From Acidimicrobiia bacterium (lineage in GTDB: Bacteria; Actinomycetota; Acidimicrobiia; IMCC26256; JAOSJL01), in the NCBI GenBank assembly GCA_041394025.1, contig JAWKJA010000002.1, positions 1,454,541-1,518,540 of the forward strand: a DNA stretch of 64,000 nt, read 5' to 3'. The position numbers and the translations under genes are program-made. The notes under the pieces are model-generated. The model had not been told where the DNA came from and did no database searches. It was given only the letters and a program-made list of their open reading frames with translations. Below are positions 34,698 to 43,663 of the stretch, in pieces. Every line of letters starts with the position of its first letter. Positions within the stretch are counted from its first letter, which is position 1.

Positions 34698-36733
34698 CCG
34701 ACCCACGAGACCGACGAGGCGACCATCGAGGCCCACGTCCAGTTCCTGCTCCTGGGCCTCGGCGGCGGCGCCGTCATCGGCGCCCTCGCACTCGGGCTCG
34801 TTCTCACGTACCGGGCGTCGGGGGTCATCAACTTCGCGCACGCGGCGATCGGCATGTACATCGCGTTCGCCTACTACGAGCTCCGCGGTACGGGTGACCT
34901 CGTCCTCCCCGTACTCGGCCTTCCAGACCGGCTCCACGTCATGGACGATCCACCCACGTGGGTTGCGTTCGCGGTGGCCATCCTCCTGGCGGCCGCCATC
35001 GGCGTGCTCCTGTACGCCGTCGTCTTCCGGCCCCTGCGCCACGCGCCGCTTCTCGGCCGTGTGGTTGCATCCCTCGGAATCTTTCTCTACGCCCAGTCGC
35101 TGGTTAGCCTCCGCTTCCCCACGATCGGCGCCGCCGTCAGCACGATCGAGCCCCTGTTCCCGACCGAGCCCGTCACCGTCCTCGGGGCGGTGATCCCCCG
35201 CGACCGGATCTGGCTGGCGGCCGTCGTGCTCCTGGCCTCGGCCGCTCTCGCGGCCGCCTACAAGTGGACACGGTTCGGGATCGCCACACGCGCCGCGTCC
35301 GAGAGCGAGAAGGGCGCGCTCCTCATCGGCCTGTCGCCCGACCGTGTCGCCGTCGTGAACTGGGACTCGCCACGGTGTCGGCAGGAGTGGCGATGATCCT
35401 CATCGCACCGATCGCCCGGCTCGATCCCGTCACGAGCAGTCTTCTGGTGGTCCCGGCCCTGGCCGCCGCTCTCCTCGGCGGGTTCCGCTCGTTCCTGATC
35501 GCTGCCACCGCAGGGCTCGCCATCGGGATGCTCGAGTCGGAGCTCCTCAAGCTCCAGGCCGACCACGGGTGGCTCCCCGACGGAATCCAGCAGGGCGTGC
35601 CCTTTCTCCTGGTCATCCTCGTCATGGCCCTGCGGGGCCGGAGCCTGCCCACCCGTGGCGACCTGATCCAGCGTCTCCTGCCGCGGTCACCGACCCCCCA
35701 CCACGCAGGTGTCACCACGCTCGTCCTCGCGGCGGGGGCGGTCGCGGGACTCCTGACGCTCGGGAGCGTGTGGCGACAGGGGATCATCACCACGACCATC
35801 GCCACACTCCTGTGCCTGTCGATCGTCGTCCTCACGGGCTACGTGGGTCAGATCTCGCTCGCGCCGATGGCCTTCGCCGGCTTCGGAGGGTTCGCCGTCA
35901 TCAAGTTCACAGAGGCCTACGGAATCCCGTTTCCCCTCGCCCCCGTACTCGCCGCCGCCGCGGCCGTTGCACTGGGTCTGCTCACAGGCCTGCCGGCTGT
36001 GCGCGTCCGCGGCATGAGCCTCGCTCTGGTCACGCTGGCGGCGGCGCTCGCCGTGGAGGAGATCGTCTTCCGGTGGGGTTGGCTCACCGGCGGCCTCGGT
36101 GGAACGGATGTGCCCCCACCGGAGATCTTCGGGATGGACCTGGGAATCGCAGCGCGTGGCACCGGCTTCCCGAGACCCGCTTTCGGGATCCTGTGTGTCA
36201 TCGTCACAGCTCTCGCGGGTCTTCTCGTGGCCAACTACCGGAGGTCCTTGACCGGGCTCCGTTTCCTCGCTGTTCGCGCCAACGAGCGCGCGGCGGCCGC
36301 GGCGGGGATCGACGTGGCGCGTACGAAGCTCACGGCCTTCGCCATCTCGTCCTTCCTGGCGGGCCTCGCCGGCTGTCTCCTCGCCTACCAGCGCCAGACG
36401 ATCTCGGGCGACAGCTTCCTCGTGTTCCTGTCACTCTCCTTCCTCGCCCTCACCTACCTCGGGGGAATCGCGGGTGTCAGCGGCGCCGTGATCGCCGGGC
36501 TGCTCGCACAGGGCGGGCTCGTCACCGTCGCGCTCGACCAGACCGGTGGTGACGCCGCGGAGTACCAGTTCGCGATCAGTGGAGTGGTGCTCGTGGTCGT
36601 CGCCGTGGCCTACCCCGACGGCATCGCCGGGGCTGTTCGGTCGGCCTGGGAGCGCCTCACACGGATCGTGCGTCCCGGCGGATCCACCGGCCGGGCGCAG
36701 ACCGCCGGAAGGGCCGGTACCGTCGCTTCATGA
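34698..36733 (+). pseudogene. fused LivH-LivM-type ABC permease, apparently disrupted (no canonical start; -1 frameshift at the G-run 35362-35364)
   Basis: The frame opens after TGA at 34695, with no ATG/GTG/TTG before the conserved N-terminus VQFLLLGLGGGAVIGALALGLVLTYRASGVINFAH. The reading VAVVNW|GLATVSAGVAMILIAP requires one extra G. The LivH part runs without a stop into the LivM part (LTGYVGQISLAPMAFAGFGG). Confidence 0.6.
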
Positions 36734-36899
36734 CGGCGACGGAATGCTCCACGGTATGTGGATCGATAGCGGGCAGATGGTGAACCGGCGCCCCGAGCGC
36801 GGCACACGGTTCGGCGTGATGGACCGTGGCGGGGAACCGACGATGTGCGCTGGTTCCGCACGGATGCCGGACCTCACCTGACCTGCGGCAGGCCTTCGT

Positions 36900-37706
36900 T
36901 CAGCGTCCTGTGAAATCGGGAGGACGCTTCTCGGCGAACGCCTCCATGCCGACGCGTACGTCGTTGCTCGAAAAGGCGCGCTCCTCGTCGGCATCGATGG
37001 CGGCGATGGCGTCGTCGTCGACACCGGGAACGAGACCTCCGCGCTCGGCGATGAGCTCGAGGGCCCGCTTGTGGCCCGCCACGGTGAGGGGTGCGAGCTG
37101 CGCGATCTCGTCGGCCATCTCCAGGGCCGTGTCGAGCGGGTTGTCGCTCCGTCGGCTCACGAGTCCCATCCGGTCCGCCTCGTCGACACCGACCGTCCGG
37201 CTCGTGATGAGCAGGTCCCGGGCATTCCCGGGACCCACGAGATCGGCGAGCCGCTGGATGTTGGTCCAGTGCAGATGGATGCCGAGCCGTCCCGCGGGGA
37301 TCCCGAAGGTGGCGTCACGACCCGCCACGCGCAGATCACATGCGACCGCGAGCTGCGTCCCGGCACCGATCGCGGGACCATGAACCGCTGCGATGACCGG
37401 TGCCGGAAGCGCGCCCATGGCGTCGAGCAGCTCCTCGAAGGCGGGCCGAAACGTGTCGCGGCGCTGCTCGCGCCACTCGCCGCCGGGCTCGTGGGAGTCG
37501 TCGGTGGAGGGCGCGAACCTCGTGCCCAGATCGGCGCCGGCGCAGAATGCCGAGCCCGCGCCGGTGAGCACGACAGCGCGCACGTCGTCGGCGTCCTCGA
37601 GGTGTGCGCGCAGCTGATCGCAACCCTGTGCGTGGAGGGCGTTGCGCCGGTCGGGGCGGTCGAGCGTCGCGACCACGACGTGCCCTCGGGCCTCCCAGCG
37701 GATCAC
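36900..37706 (-). CDS. enoyl-CoA hydratase/isomerase (crotonase family)
   Basis: GTG start. LDRPDRRNAL, VLTGAGSAFCAGADL, AAVHGPAIGAG. Confidence 0.85.
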   Translation of the reverse strand: MIRWEARGHVVVATLDRPDRRNALHAQGCDQLRAHLEDADDVRAVVLTGAGSAFCAGADLGTRFAPSTDDSHEPGGEWREQRRDTFRPAFEELLDAMGALPAPVIAAVHGPAIGAGTQLAVACDLRVAGRDATFGIPAGRLGIHLHWTNIQRLADLVGPGNARDLLITSRTVGVDEADRMGLVSRRSDNPLDTALEMADEIAQLAPLTVAGHKRALELIAERGGLVPGVDDDAIAAIDADEERAFSSNDVRVGMEAFAEKRPPDFTGR

Positions 37707-37712
37707 GGCGTC

Positions 37713-37931
37713 TCAGGACTCGTCGATGAGGGCGATCAGGTCTCCGTCGCAGACCTGCTGGTGGAGATCGACGTGGATCTCCCGGACGACGCCGGGCTCG
37801 CGAGTGGTCACCGGCACGTCGGTTCCCGCCGACTCGAGGACGGCAACGACCTCACCTTCGGCGATCATCGTTCCGAGCTCCGCAGGGAGGTCACGGACAT
37901 TTCCGCCCACAGGGCTTCTGATCTCCTGCAC
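37713..37931 (-). CDS. biotin/lipoyl-attachment-domain-like protein lacking the modifiable lysine (72 aa)
   Basis: GTG at 37929-37931. VQEIRSPVGGNV...IAEGEVVAVLESAGTDVPVTTREPGVVREIHVDLHQQVCDGDLIALID aligns to the BCCP hairpin pattern, with ESAGTD in place of EAMKME. Confidence 0.6.
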   Translation of the reverse strand: MQEIRSPVGGNVRDLPAELGTMIAEGEVVAVLESAGTDVPVTTREPGVVREIHVDLHQQVCDGDLIALIDES

Positions 37932-37971
37932 GGCGCGGGAGCGTAGTGCAGCGCACTCCGGACGTCGTGTC

Positions 37972-39306
37972 TCAGGCGTCGCGCGACCGGCGACGGCCAC
38001 CACGGGTCGTCGAACCCTCCGGGCGGTCCTCGAGACGGCCGTCGTCCCCGAGGACCTGCTCGAGCGCACCGAGCGCGCTGGTGCCGAACATGTATGCAGG
38101 ACCCGAGTACATCCGCTCCAGCGCCAGGGCTGCGCGTCCGTCGTCACCCCGGGTCAGCTCCTCGTAGGTGACGGCGACCCGGAGAGCGGCGGCGCCGGGC
38201 GGGTCGGGATAGCGACGCGCATCGGAGGGTTCCGGTCGCGGGCGCCGGTGGGGACGGGCCGCGGCCCACACGACGGCTCCGACACGGTCGAGACGGTCGT
38301 CGGCGGCCAGGATGTGTGCCGTGGCGTCCGCCTCGTCTGTTCGCGCTGCCGCTCGACGGTGCGCACGCCAACGGTCGGTGTGCCGTTCCACGTCGGTGGC
38401 GACGTCGGCGTCGAGGCACACGCTGCCCAGTCGGTGGAGACGGGCGGCAGCCTCCAGATCCTCGAGGGCCGCGAGATCGAGGTCCAGGCTCTCGCCCACC
38501 GCGCGCGACAGTTCGGTGACACGGTCCGTACTCCCTGGAGCGACGTGGCCGCCCAGCTCCGGAGCCGCGGCCAGGGCGTCGATGGTCTCGGTGTAGTTCC
38601 GGCGTGCACGGCGAACGAGGTGGTCGGCCGCCAGCGCAGCGACGAGCGGGACGGCCAGGAGCAGGGCGCTCCACCGGCCCGGACCGGGCCGGCCGTCCAC
38701 CCCCGTCGAGACGAGAGCCATCAAGACGCCGCTCGTGGCAACGGCCAGGGCGGCTGCGCGCCCGGCGGGCCGGCGTGATCGGTGCCCGATGCGGTGGGAG
38801 CCGATCGGAGCCCCCCGGGTCGCGTCGGGCAGCTCCGGGAGCCACGCGCCGCCACGGAACCGGAACACGAGCTCGTCGGCGACCATCTGGATCAACGCTG
38901 CCGCGCCCAGCGACGCGAGGACCCAGGGTGCGGTGCCGGCGGGGGCGAGAGCGAGGACCGCGTGGTAGGCGCCCAGTGCCGTACACGCCGTGGCCAGCCG
39001 GAATGCGACGCGTCGGCGCTCGGTCAACGGGGCACCGCTCCCGCGCAGCCACGCTGCCACCGGGAACGCGACCGCGCACACCGCGAGGAACTCAGGCACG
39101 GCCAGGTTCCTCATCGTCACCAGAACGACCGCGTGCGATGCCGGGACGCGGGGCGCGCCCAGCGGGTGGAGAACGAGCAGGTCCCCGACGACGACCCCGA
39201 GCGTGAGGAGCACGATGTCGGGAGCCGAGCCACCGAGCACGAACGAGACACCGAGCGCGCACACCCCGGCACAGATCACGACGACGACCCGTGACGACCG
39301 GCTCAC
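37972..39306 (-). CDS. membrane protein with degenerate HD-type C-terminal domain (HD replaced by HR)
   Basis: GTG start with a GTGA overlap with the upstream gene. About 7 TMs. The C-domain TDRVTELSRAVGESLDLD...AARLHRLGSV is collinear with the HD-GYP-like neighbour but lacks the HD dyad. Confidence 0.55.
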   Translation of the reverse strand: MSRSSRVVVVICAGVCALGVSFVLGGSAPDIVLLTLGVVVGDLLVLHPLGAPRVPASHAVVLVTMRNLAVPEFLAVCAVAFPVAAWLRGSGAPLTERRRVAFRLATACTALGAYHAVLALAPAGTAPWVLASLGAAALIQMVADELVFRFRGGAWLPELPDATRGAPIGSHRIGHRSRRPAGRAAALAVATSGVLMALVSTGVDGRPGPGRWSALLLAVPLVAALAADHLVRRARRNYTETIDALAAAPELGGHVAPGSTDRVTELSRAVGESLDLDLAALEDLEAAARLHRLGSVCLDADVATDVERHTDRWRAHRRAAARTDEADATAHILAADDRLDRVGAVVWAAARPHRRPRPEPSDARRYPDPPGAAALRVAVTYEELTRGDDGRAALALERMYSGPAYMFGTSALGALEQVLGDDGRLEDRPEGSTTRGGRRRSRDA

Positions 39307-40859
39307 GCGCCCGCCTCGGCCAGGTCGCCGAGCCCGGCCGACCCCGTTCCCATCACGGGCGGTGACACCGGGAACCTCTCGACAGCGGGAGGGGCGCCCG
39401 CGGCGCGCAGTATCGCGTCGGAGACCGTGTCCTCTCTCCCGAGGGAGACGTCACGCGCTCGCCACTGGAGTGCGCGCTCGAGTGCCTCGACACAGAGCGG
39501 GTGGAACTGACTCCCGGCGCAGCGACGCAGCTCGTCGAGCGCCACGTCCCTGCCCAGCGCGCGTCGGTAGGGGCGCGTCGAGGTCATGGCGTCGAATGCG
39601 TCGGCCACGTGAACGATGTGGGGCTCGAGGAGAGCCGCCCGCTTCCCGCGTCGAGGTCCCGTCCTGCGGATGTCAACCGAGTCGGCGCGCCGGTCCCTGT
39701 CGGGCGGAGTCCCGGGTGCGGCGCCAATCGGGTCGGCGCCGTCATAGCGCGAATGGGTACTCGAGGCACTGGGGGCGACGTCGCGCAGGAAGCTGATTCG
39801 CTCCAGGATCTCCACCGACACCTCCTCGTGCCGGTGAACGAGGTGGAACTCCTCCGATGTCAGCCGACCCGGCTTGTTCAGCAACTCGCTGGGCACGGCG
39901 AGCTTGCCGACATCGTGCATGAGGGCCGCGCATCGGAGACGGTCCAGCCGTGCGGGCGACAGGCCGAGCTCCTCGCCGATGAGCCGGGCGTACACGGCGA
40001 CCCGCCGCACGTGCCGGGCGGTCGCTCCGTCCTTTGCCTCGAGGGCGCGCAGCAGCGTCTCGAGAGTCGCCTCGTGCGCGCGGCGGAGCTCCTCGTACGC
40101 GTGGAACGTGCGGTGGGCGACCACGACCGGGACGATGAACAGCGGCAGCGTCGCGGCGCCGTACTCCACCCACACGGAGCCCATGACCAGGCCGAGCACC
40201 GTGAACGGCACGACCTGCCACGACCCCGGGCGGAAGCGGCGGAGGCACCACCGGACCGACCGACCGCCCGCCAGCGTCATGGCGACAGCGACGAGGAGAT
40301 CGTTGAGGACGAGGTCGACGAGCGCGACGGGCACAGCCAGGACGAGAAGCGCGAGGCCCGTGACACCCGTGACGGCCGCGAGCGCGGCGTACGTGACGGA
40401 GACGACGAGCGTGGCGAAGCCGTAGCTACCGGCGTTGAAGGCGATGCGCGGGACGTCGTGACGCCGCAGGGCCGGAAGGTAGAGGGCGCCGCACATCGAG
40501 ACGATCATCGCCCCCGCCGGCGCACCCTGCGCGTGGAACACGACGACCGCCGCCATGACCGGCACACTGCTGGCTGACATCGTCGTGCCGTCGGGGAACG
40601 CGACGGAGCGGTTCTCCGTGAAGGCGACGAGGCCCCCGAAGACCACGAGCGGCCCCACGGCCGGGGCTCCGCCGGTCACGCAGAGCACCGCGGCAACAGC
40701 GAACGCACCGACCCCGAGCACGACGCCGAAGATCCCGAAGCGCCGCGACGTCCGTCGGCGGGCACCCGCCGGCGCCCCGCCGGAACACGCGGAGCGGGCG
40801 GGTGACGACTCCCTGCTCGAAGACGGTCTCGTGCTCGACATGGCTGCTCGTCGGTGCAC
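39303..40859 (-). CDS. membrane-bound HD-GYP-related phosphohydrolase
   Basis: N-terminal polytopic domain. HVRRVAVYARLIG, AALMHDVGKLAVP, HRHEEVS, DAFDAMTSTRPYRRAL. The HHExxDGxGYP box reads THSRYDGADPIG and is followed by an insert of about 40 aa. Confidence 0.75.
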   Translation of the reverse strand: MHRRAAMSSTRPSSSRESSPARSACSGGAPAGARRRTSRRFGIFGVVLGVGAFAVAAVLCVTGGAPAVGPLVVFGGLVAFTENRSVAFPDGTTMSASSVPVMAAVVVFHAQGAPAGAMIVSMCGALYLPALRRHDVPRIAFNAGSYGFATLVVSVTYAALAAVTGVTGLALLVLAVPVALVDLVLNDLLVAVAMTLAGGRSVRWCLRRFRPGSWQVVPFTVLGLVMGSVWVEYGAATLPLFIVPVVVAHRTFHAYEELRRAHEATLETLLRALEAKDGATARHVRRVAVYARLIGEELGLSPARLDRLRCAALMHDVGKLAVPSELLNKPGRLTSEEFHLVHRHEEVSVEILERISFLRDVAPSASSTHSRYDGADPIGAAPGTPPDRDRRADSVDIRRTGPRRGKRAALLEPHIVHVADAFDAMTSTRPYRRALGRDVALDELRRCAGSQFHPLCVEALERALQWRARDVSLGREDTVSDAILRAAGAPPAVERFPVSPPVMGTGSAGLGDLAEAGA

Positions 40860-40923
40860 CGACGCGTCGCCACCGGCGGGCGGGGTTCGGGCGGGACCCC
40901 GTCGTCAGCCGTTCCGCTCCGCT

Positions 40924-41019
40924 CTAGTACCAGAAGCCACGGCGGGTTCCACCCACGAGGAGCAGTCCTGCCGCGGCCGTCGCAAGGACGGTCAGTCGGA
41001 CAGACAGGGTTTGCACCAT
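40924..41019 (-). CDS. candidate 31-aa hydrophobic small protein
   Basis: GAAGGAGGG sits 7 nt before the ATG. Product MVQTLSVRLTVLATAAAGLLLVGGTRRGFWY*. Lies 65 nt upstream of the HD-GYP-like gene on the same strand. Below the ORF-track cutoff. Confidence 0.35.
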   Translation of the reverse strand: MVQTLSVRLTVLATAAAGLLLVGGTRRGFWY

Positions 41020-41409
41020 CGCACACCCTCCTTCGTGCGAATCGACGGCCCGCGACCCGTGCCCGGGCCGCGGCGGCAATCCGCTCCGCTGAGGTGGCTG
41101 ATCGTGCGGGATCCCGCCGGGACCCGGTCCGGTCCGGCGGCTGCGTCGTGCTCTCGGCTCTCCTCGGTCGGGTCGATCGGTCCCGGGTCGTCACACCCGG
41201 TGTTCAGCCTGGGGAATCCGCCCGCCTGGCCCCGTCCACCCGGACCGTCAGGAAGGGGCGGAGCCGGGGTCACCGCCCCGCCCCGTGCCCCTTCGTGACT
41301 CACAGGAGTCTCGTTGATTAACACGAACAACACAAGCACCAATTTCTCCGAGTTTGGTACCCCCCGGGCCTCACCACGCATAGTGTTCACCGCAGGGGAG
41401 GACGCACCC

Positions 41410-42123
41410 GTGAACGATCCCGATCTGCAAGGGCTGGAGCGCGAGCTCACGCGTCTGCCCGATGTCTCGATCGCGCGGGTTGTGGCGGATCCGTCGGGCG
41501 GTGTGGCCGAGATCCACATCGTCGCACTCCCCGGGAAGCCACCGAAGCAGATCGTGCGCGATGTGGAGTCGGTGGCGGTGGCATCCTTCGGGCTCCGTCT
41601 CGACCGGCGCGCCGTCTCGGTCGTGCAGCCGGCGCCCGGGGAGGCCCCGACGGCCCACACCCCCGGCAGCGGGACGGCCTCGCCGGGGAGATCCCGCCCT
41701 GTCGCGACGCCTGCCGCATCTTCCGCGCCGGAGGGGACGTACCGCCCGGTCCTGACGGGAGTGGACGAGCTCAGCACGGGTGGCCACACGCACGTGACCG
41801 TCACACTCGACGACCGGGGCCGGGAACTCCGCGGGACAGCGGAGGGCTCCATCGCCTCGGTCGCCCACGGGCGCATCGTGGCCGAAGCCGTCCTCGACGC
41901 CCTCGGCGGCGCGACGCCCGCCGTCGCCGCGCTCGCGGTCGACACGGCCCACGTGATCCCGGTCGGTCGCTCCCACGTGGCCATCGTGACCCTCGCCCAT
42001 GTCGACCCTCCGGCCGAGCACCAGCTGTCGGGCACAGCGGTGGTGCGGGCCGGCCGCCACGCCGATGCCCTGGCGCGCGCCGTGCTCGACGCCACCAACC
42101 GCCGCCTCGGCATCCCCGCCTGA
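41410..42123 (+). CDS. hypothetical two-domain protein
   Basis: GTG at 41410, 8 nt after GGGGAGGA. The track start at 41314 lies in an AT-rich non-coding-looking patch. Two alpha/beta-like domains are joined by a Pro/Ala/Ser linker. No family recognised. Confidence 0.55.
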   Translation: MNDPDLQGLERELTRLPDVSIARVVADPSGGVAEIHIVALPGKPPKQIVRDVESVAVASFGLRLDRRAVSVVQPAPGEAPTAHTPGSGTASPGRSRPVATPAASSAPEGTYRPVLTGVDELSTGGHTHVTVTLDDRGRELRGTAEGSIASVAHGRIVAEAVLDALGGATPAVAALAVDTAHVIPVGRSHVAIVTLAHVDPPAEHQLSGTAVVRAGRHADALARAVLDATNRRLGIPA

Positions 42124-42147
42124 CACCAGGCTCGGTACGCTCCGTCC

Positions 42148-43221
42148 GTGGCGAGGCGGGCGGTGATCGTGTCGTACCGGCTCGGCGGTACCGACGGCGT
42201 GTCGGTCGAGGCCACCAAGTGGTCGTGGGCCCTCACGGAGCTCGGGTTCACGGTGCGCCGCGTGGCCGGCGAGATCCTCGACGACGGCAAACACTCCGAT
42301 GTCGTTCTACCGGGCCTCGCCATCGACGCCACCGTCGGGCCCGACCCGGTCGAGGTCGGCGACGCTCTCGGAGACGACGACCTGGTGGTGGTCGAGAACC
42401 TCTGCTCCCTCCCGCTGCACGAGGCCGCCTCCCGTGTCGTGGGTGACGTGCTGCAACGTCGCGGAGGGCGCGTCCTCCTGCACCACCACGACCTCCCGTG
42501 GGAGCGACGGCGCTTCGAGCACGTGCGCGGCATCCCGCCCGACATCGACGGAGCGCTCCACGTCACGATCAACGAACGCGCCTGGTCGAGGCTGACCGTG
42601 CACGGGATCCGAGCCGTCAGGATTCCCAACCTGTTCGACCCACGTGAGCCGGGAGGCGACCGCGAGGGTACGCGGTCGCTCGCGGGAATCGAGCCCGACG
42701 ATGTACTCCTCCTCCAGCCCACGCGCGCCATCGAGCGCAAGAACCTCCCGGCCGGTCTCCGGTTCGGCGCTGTCCTCGACACGCTCACCGACCGCACGGT
42801 GCGCTACTGGATCACAGGGCCGCCCGAGGAGGGCTACGGCAAGACATGGGCGGCCCTGCTCAACGCCTCGCCGCTGGAATGCTTGACGGGACGGGCGAGA
42901 TCCGTCGCCGACGCCTATGCAGCGGCGGACGCCGTCGTCTTCCCCTCCACCGTCGAGGGCTTCGGGAACCCGATCGTCGAAGCCGCTCTGGCCCGCCGTC
43001 CCCTGGTCGTCGGATCGGTCGGCCTGCACCGGGAGCACTACGACGCGGGCCTGCAGATGTTCACAGTGGGGAATCCCGAGGGCGTCGCGGCATGGCTCGC
43101 CGACCCCGAACCTTTCTTCCTGGAGCGGAACCGCGAGGCGGCGATCGCCGCCTACAGCCTCACCACGCTCCCCGATCGGATCACCGACGCCTTCCGCGGG
43201 GCAGGATGGACGGAGTGGTGA
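42148..43221 (+). CDS. glycosyltransferase (GT-B fold, GT4-like)
   Basis: The C-terminal half has VFPSTVEGFGNPIVEAAL, the E-x7-E-type motif of retaining GT4 enzymes. Confidence 0.75.
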   Translation: MARRAVIVSYRLGGTDGVSVEATKWSWALTELGFTVRRVAGEILDDGKHSDVVLPGLAIDATVGPDPVEVGDALGDDDLVVVENLCSLPLHEAASRVVGDVLQRRGGRVLLHHHDLPWERRRFEHVRGIPPDIDGALHVTINERAWSRLTVHGIRAVRIPNLFDPREPGGDREGTRSLAGIEPDDVLLLQPTRAIERKNLPAGLRFGAVLDTLTDRTVRYWITGPPEEGYGKTWAALLNASPLECLTGRARSVADAYAAADAVVFPSTVEGFGNPIVEAALARRPLVVGSVGLHREHYDAGLQMFTVGNPEGVAAWLADPEPFFLERNREAAIAAYSLTTLPDRITDAFRGAGWTEW

Positions 43222-43259
43222 GAGCAGCAGCAGGGCGAGGCAGAAGCGGTGAGAACGGA

Positions 43260-43547
43260 ATGGTGAACGACGGCGATCGCGCCACACCGGAGAGCGACCC
43301 GATCCTCGCCCGTCGGGCACAGCTCGCCCGGTGGGTGTCGATCGGCCAACGCGTCGGCTACCTGGCGCTCGTGGTGTCGATCGTGGTGTTCGTGATCGCC
43401 TTCGCTCTGGACTTTCCGGGATGGGCCGTCACGACGGTCATCGTGTCGCTGCTCACGGCCATCGTCGTGCTGCCGGTGCCTATCGTGATGGGCTACGGGC
43501 TCAAGGCGGCGGAACGGGCCGACAGGGGCCTGCCCGACGGCCACTGA
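43260..43547 (+). CDS. small 2-TM membrane protein
   Basis: ATG at 43260. GYLALVVSIVVFVIAFAL and VTTVIVSLLTAIVVLPVPIVMGY. The longer track ORF overlaps the GT4 gene in another frame. Confidence 0.5.
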   Translation: MVNDGDRATPESDPILARRAQLARWVSIGQRVGYLALVVSIVVFVIAFALDFPGWAVTTVIVSLLTAIVVLPVPIVMGYGLKAAERADRGLPDGH

Positions 43548-43663
43548 CGGGCGGCCGCGGAGCCTGCCCGGCTACCGAACGACTCTGCCCTCCCGGTAGA
43601 TTGCAGCCGGAGTCTCCACGGCGCACACCACGACACCCCACCCACGACACGAGGAGCCGCACC

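Noticed and set aside
40992-42797. 601-aa minus-strand ORF
   Set aside because: It is antisense to two plus-strand genes that have better coding character (the 41410 protein and the GT4). Its product is Ser/Arg/Thr/Pro-rich low complexity.
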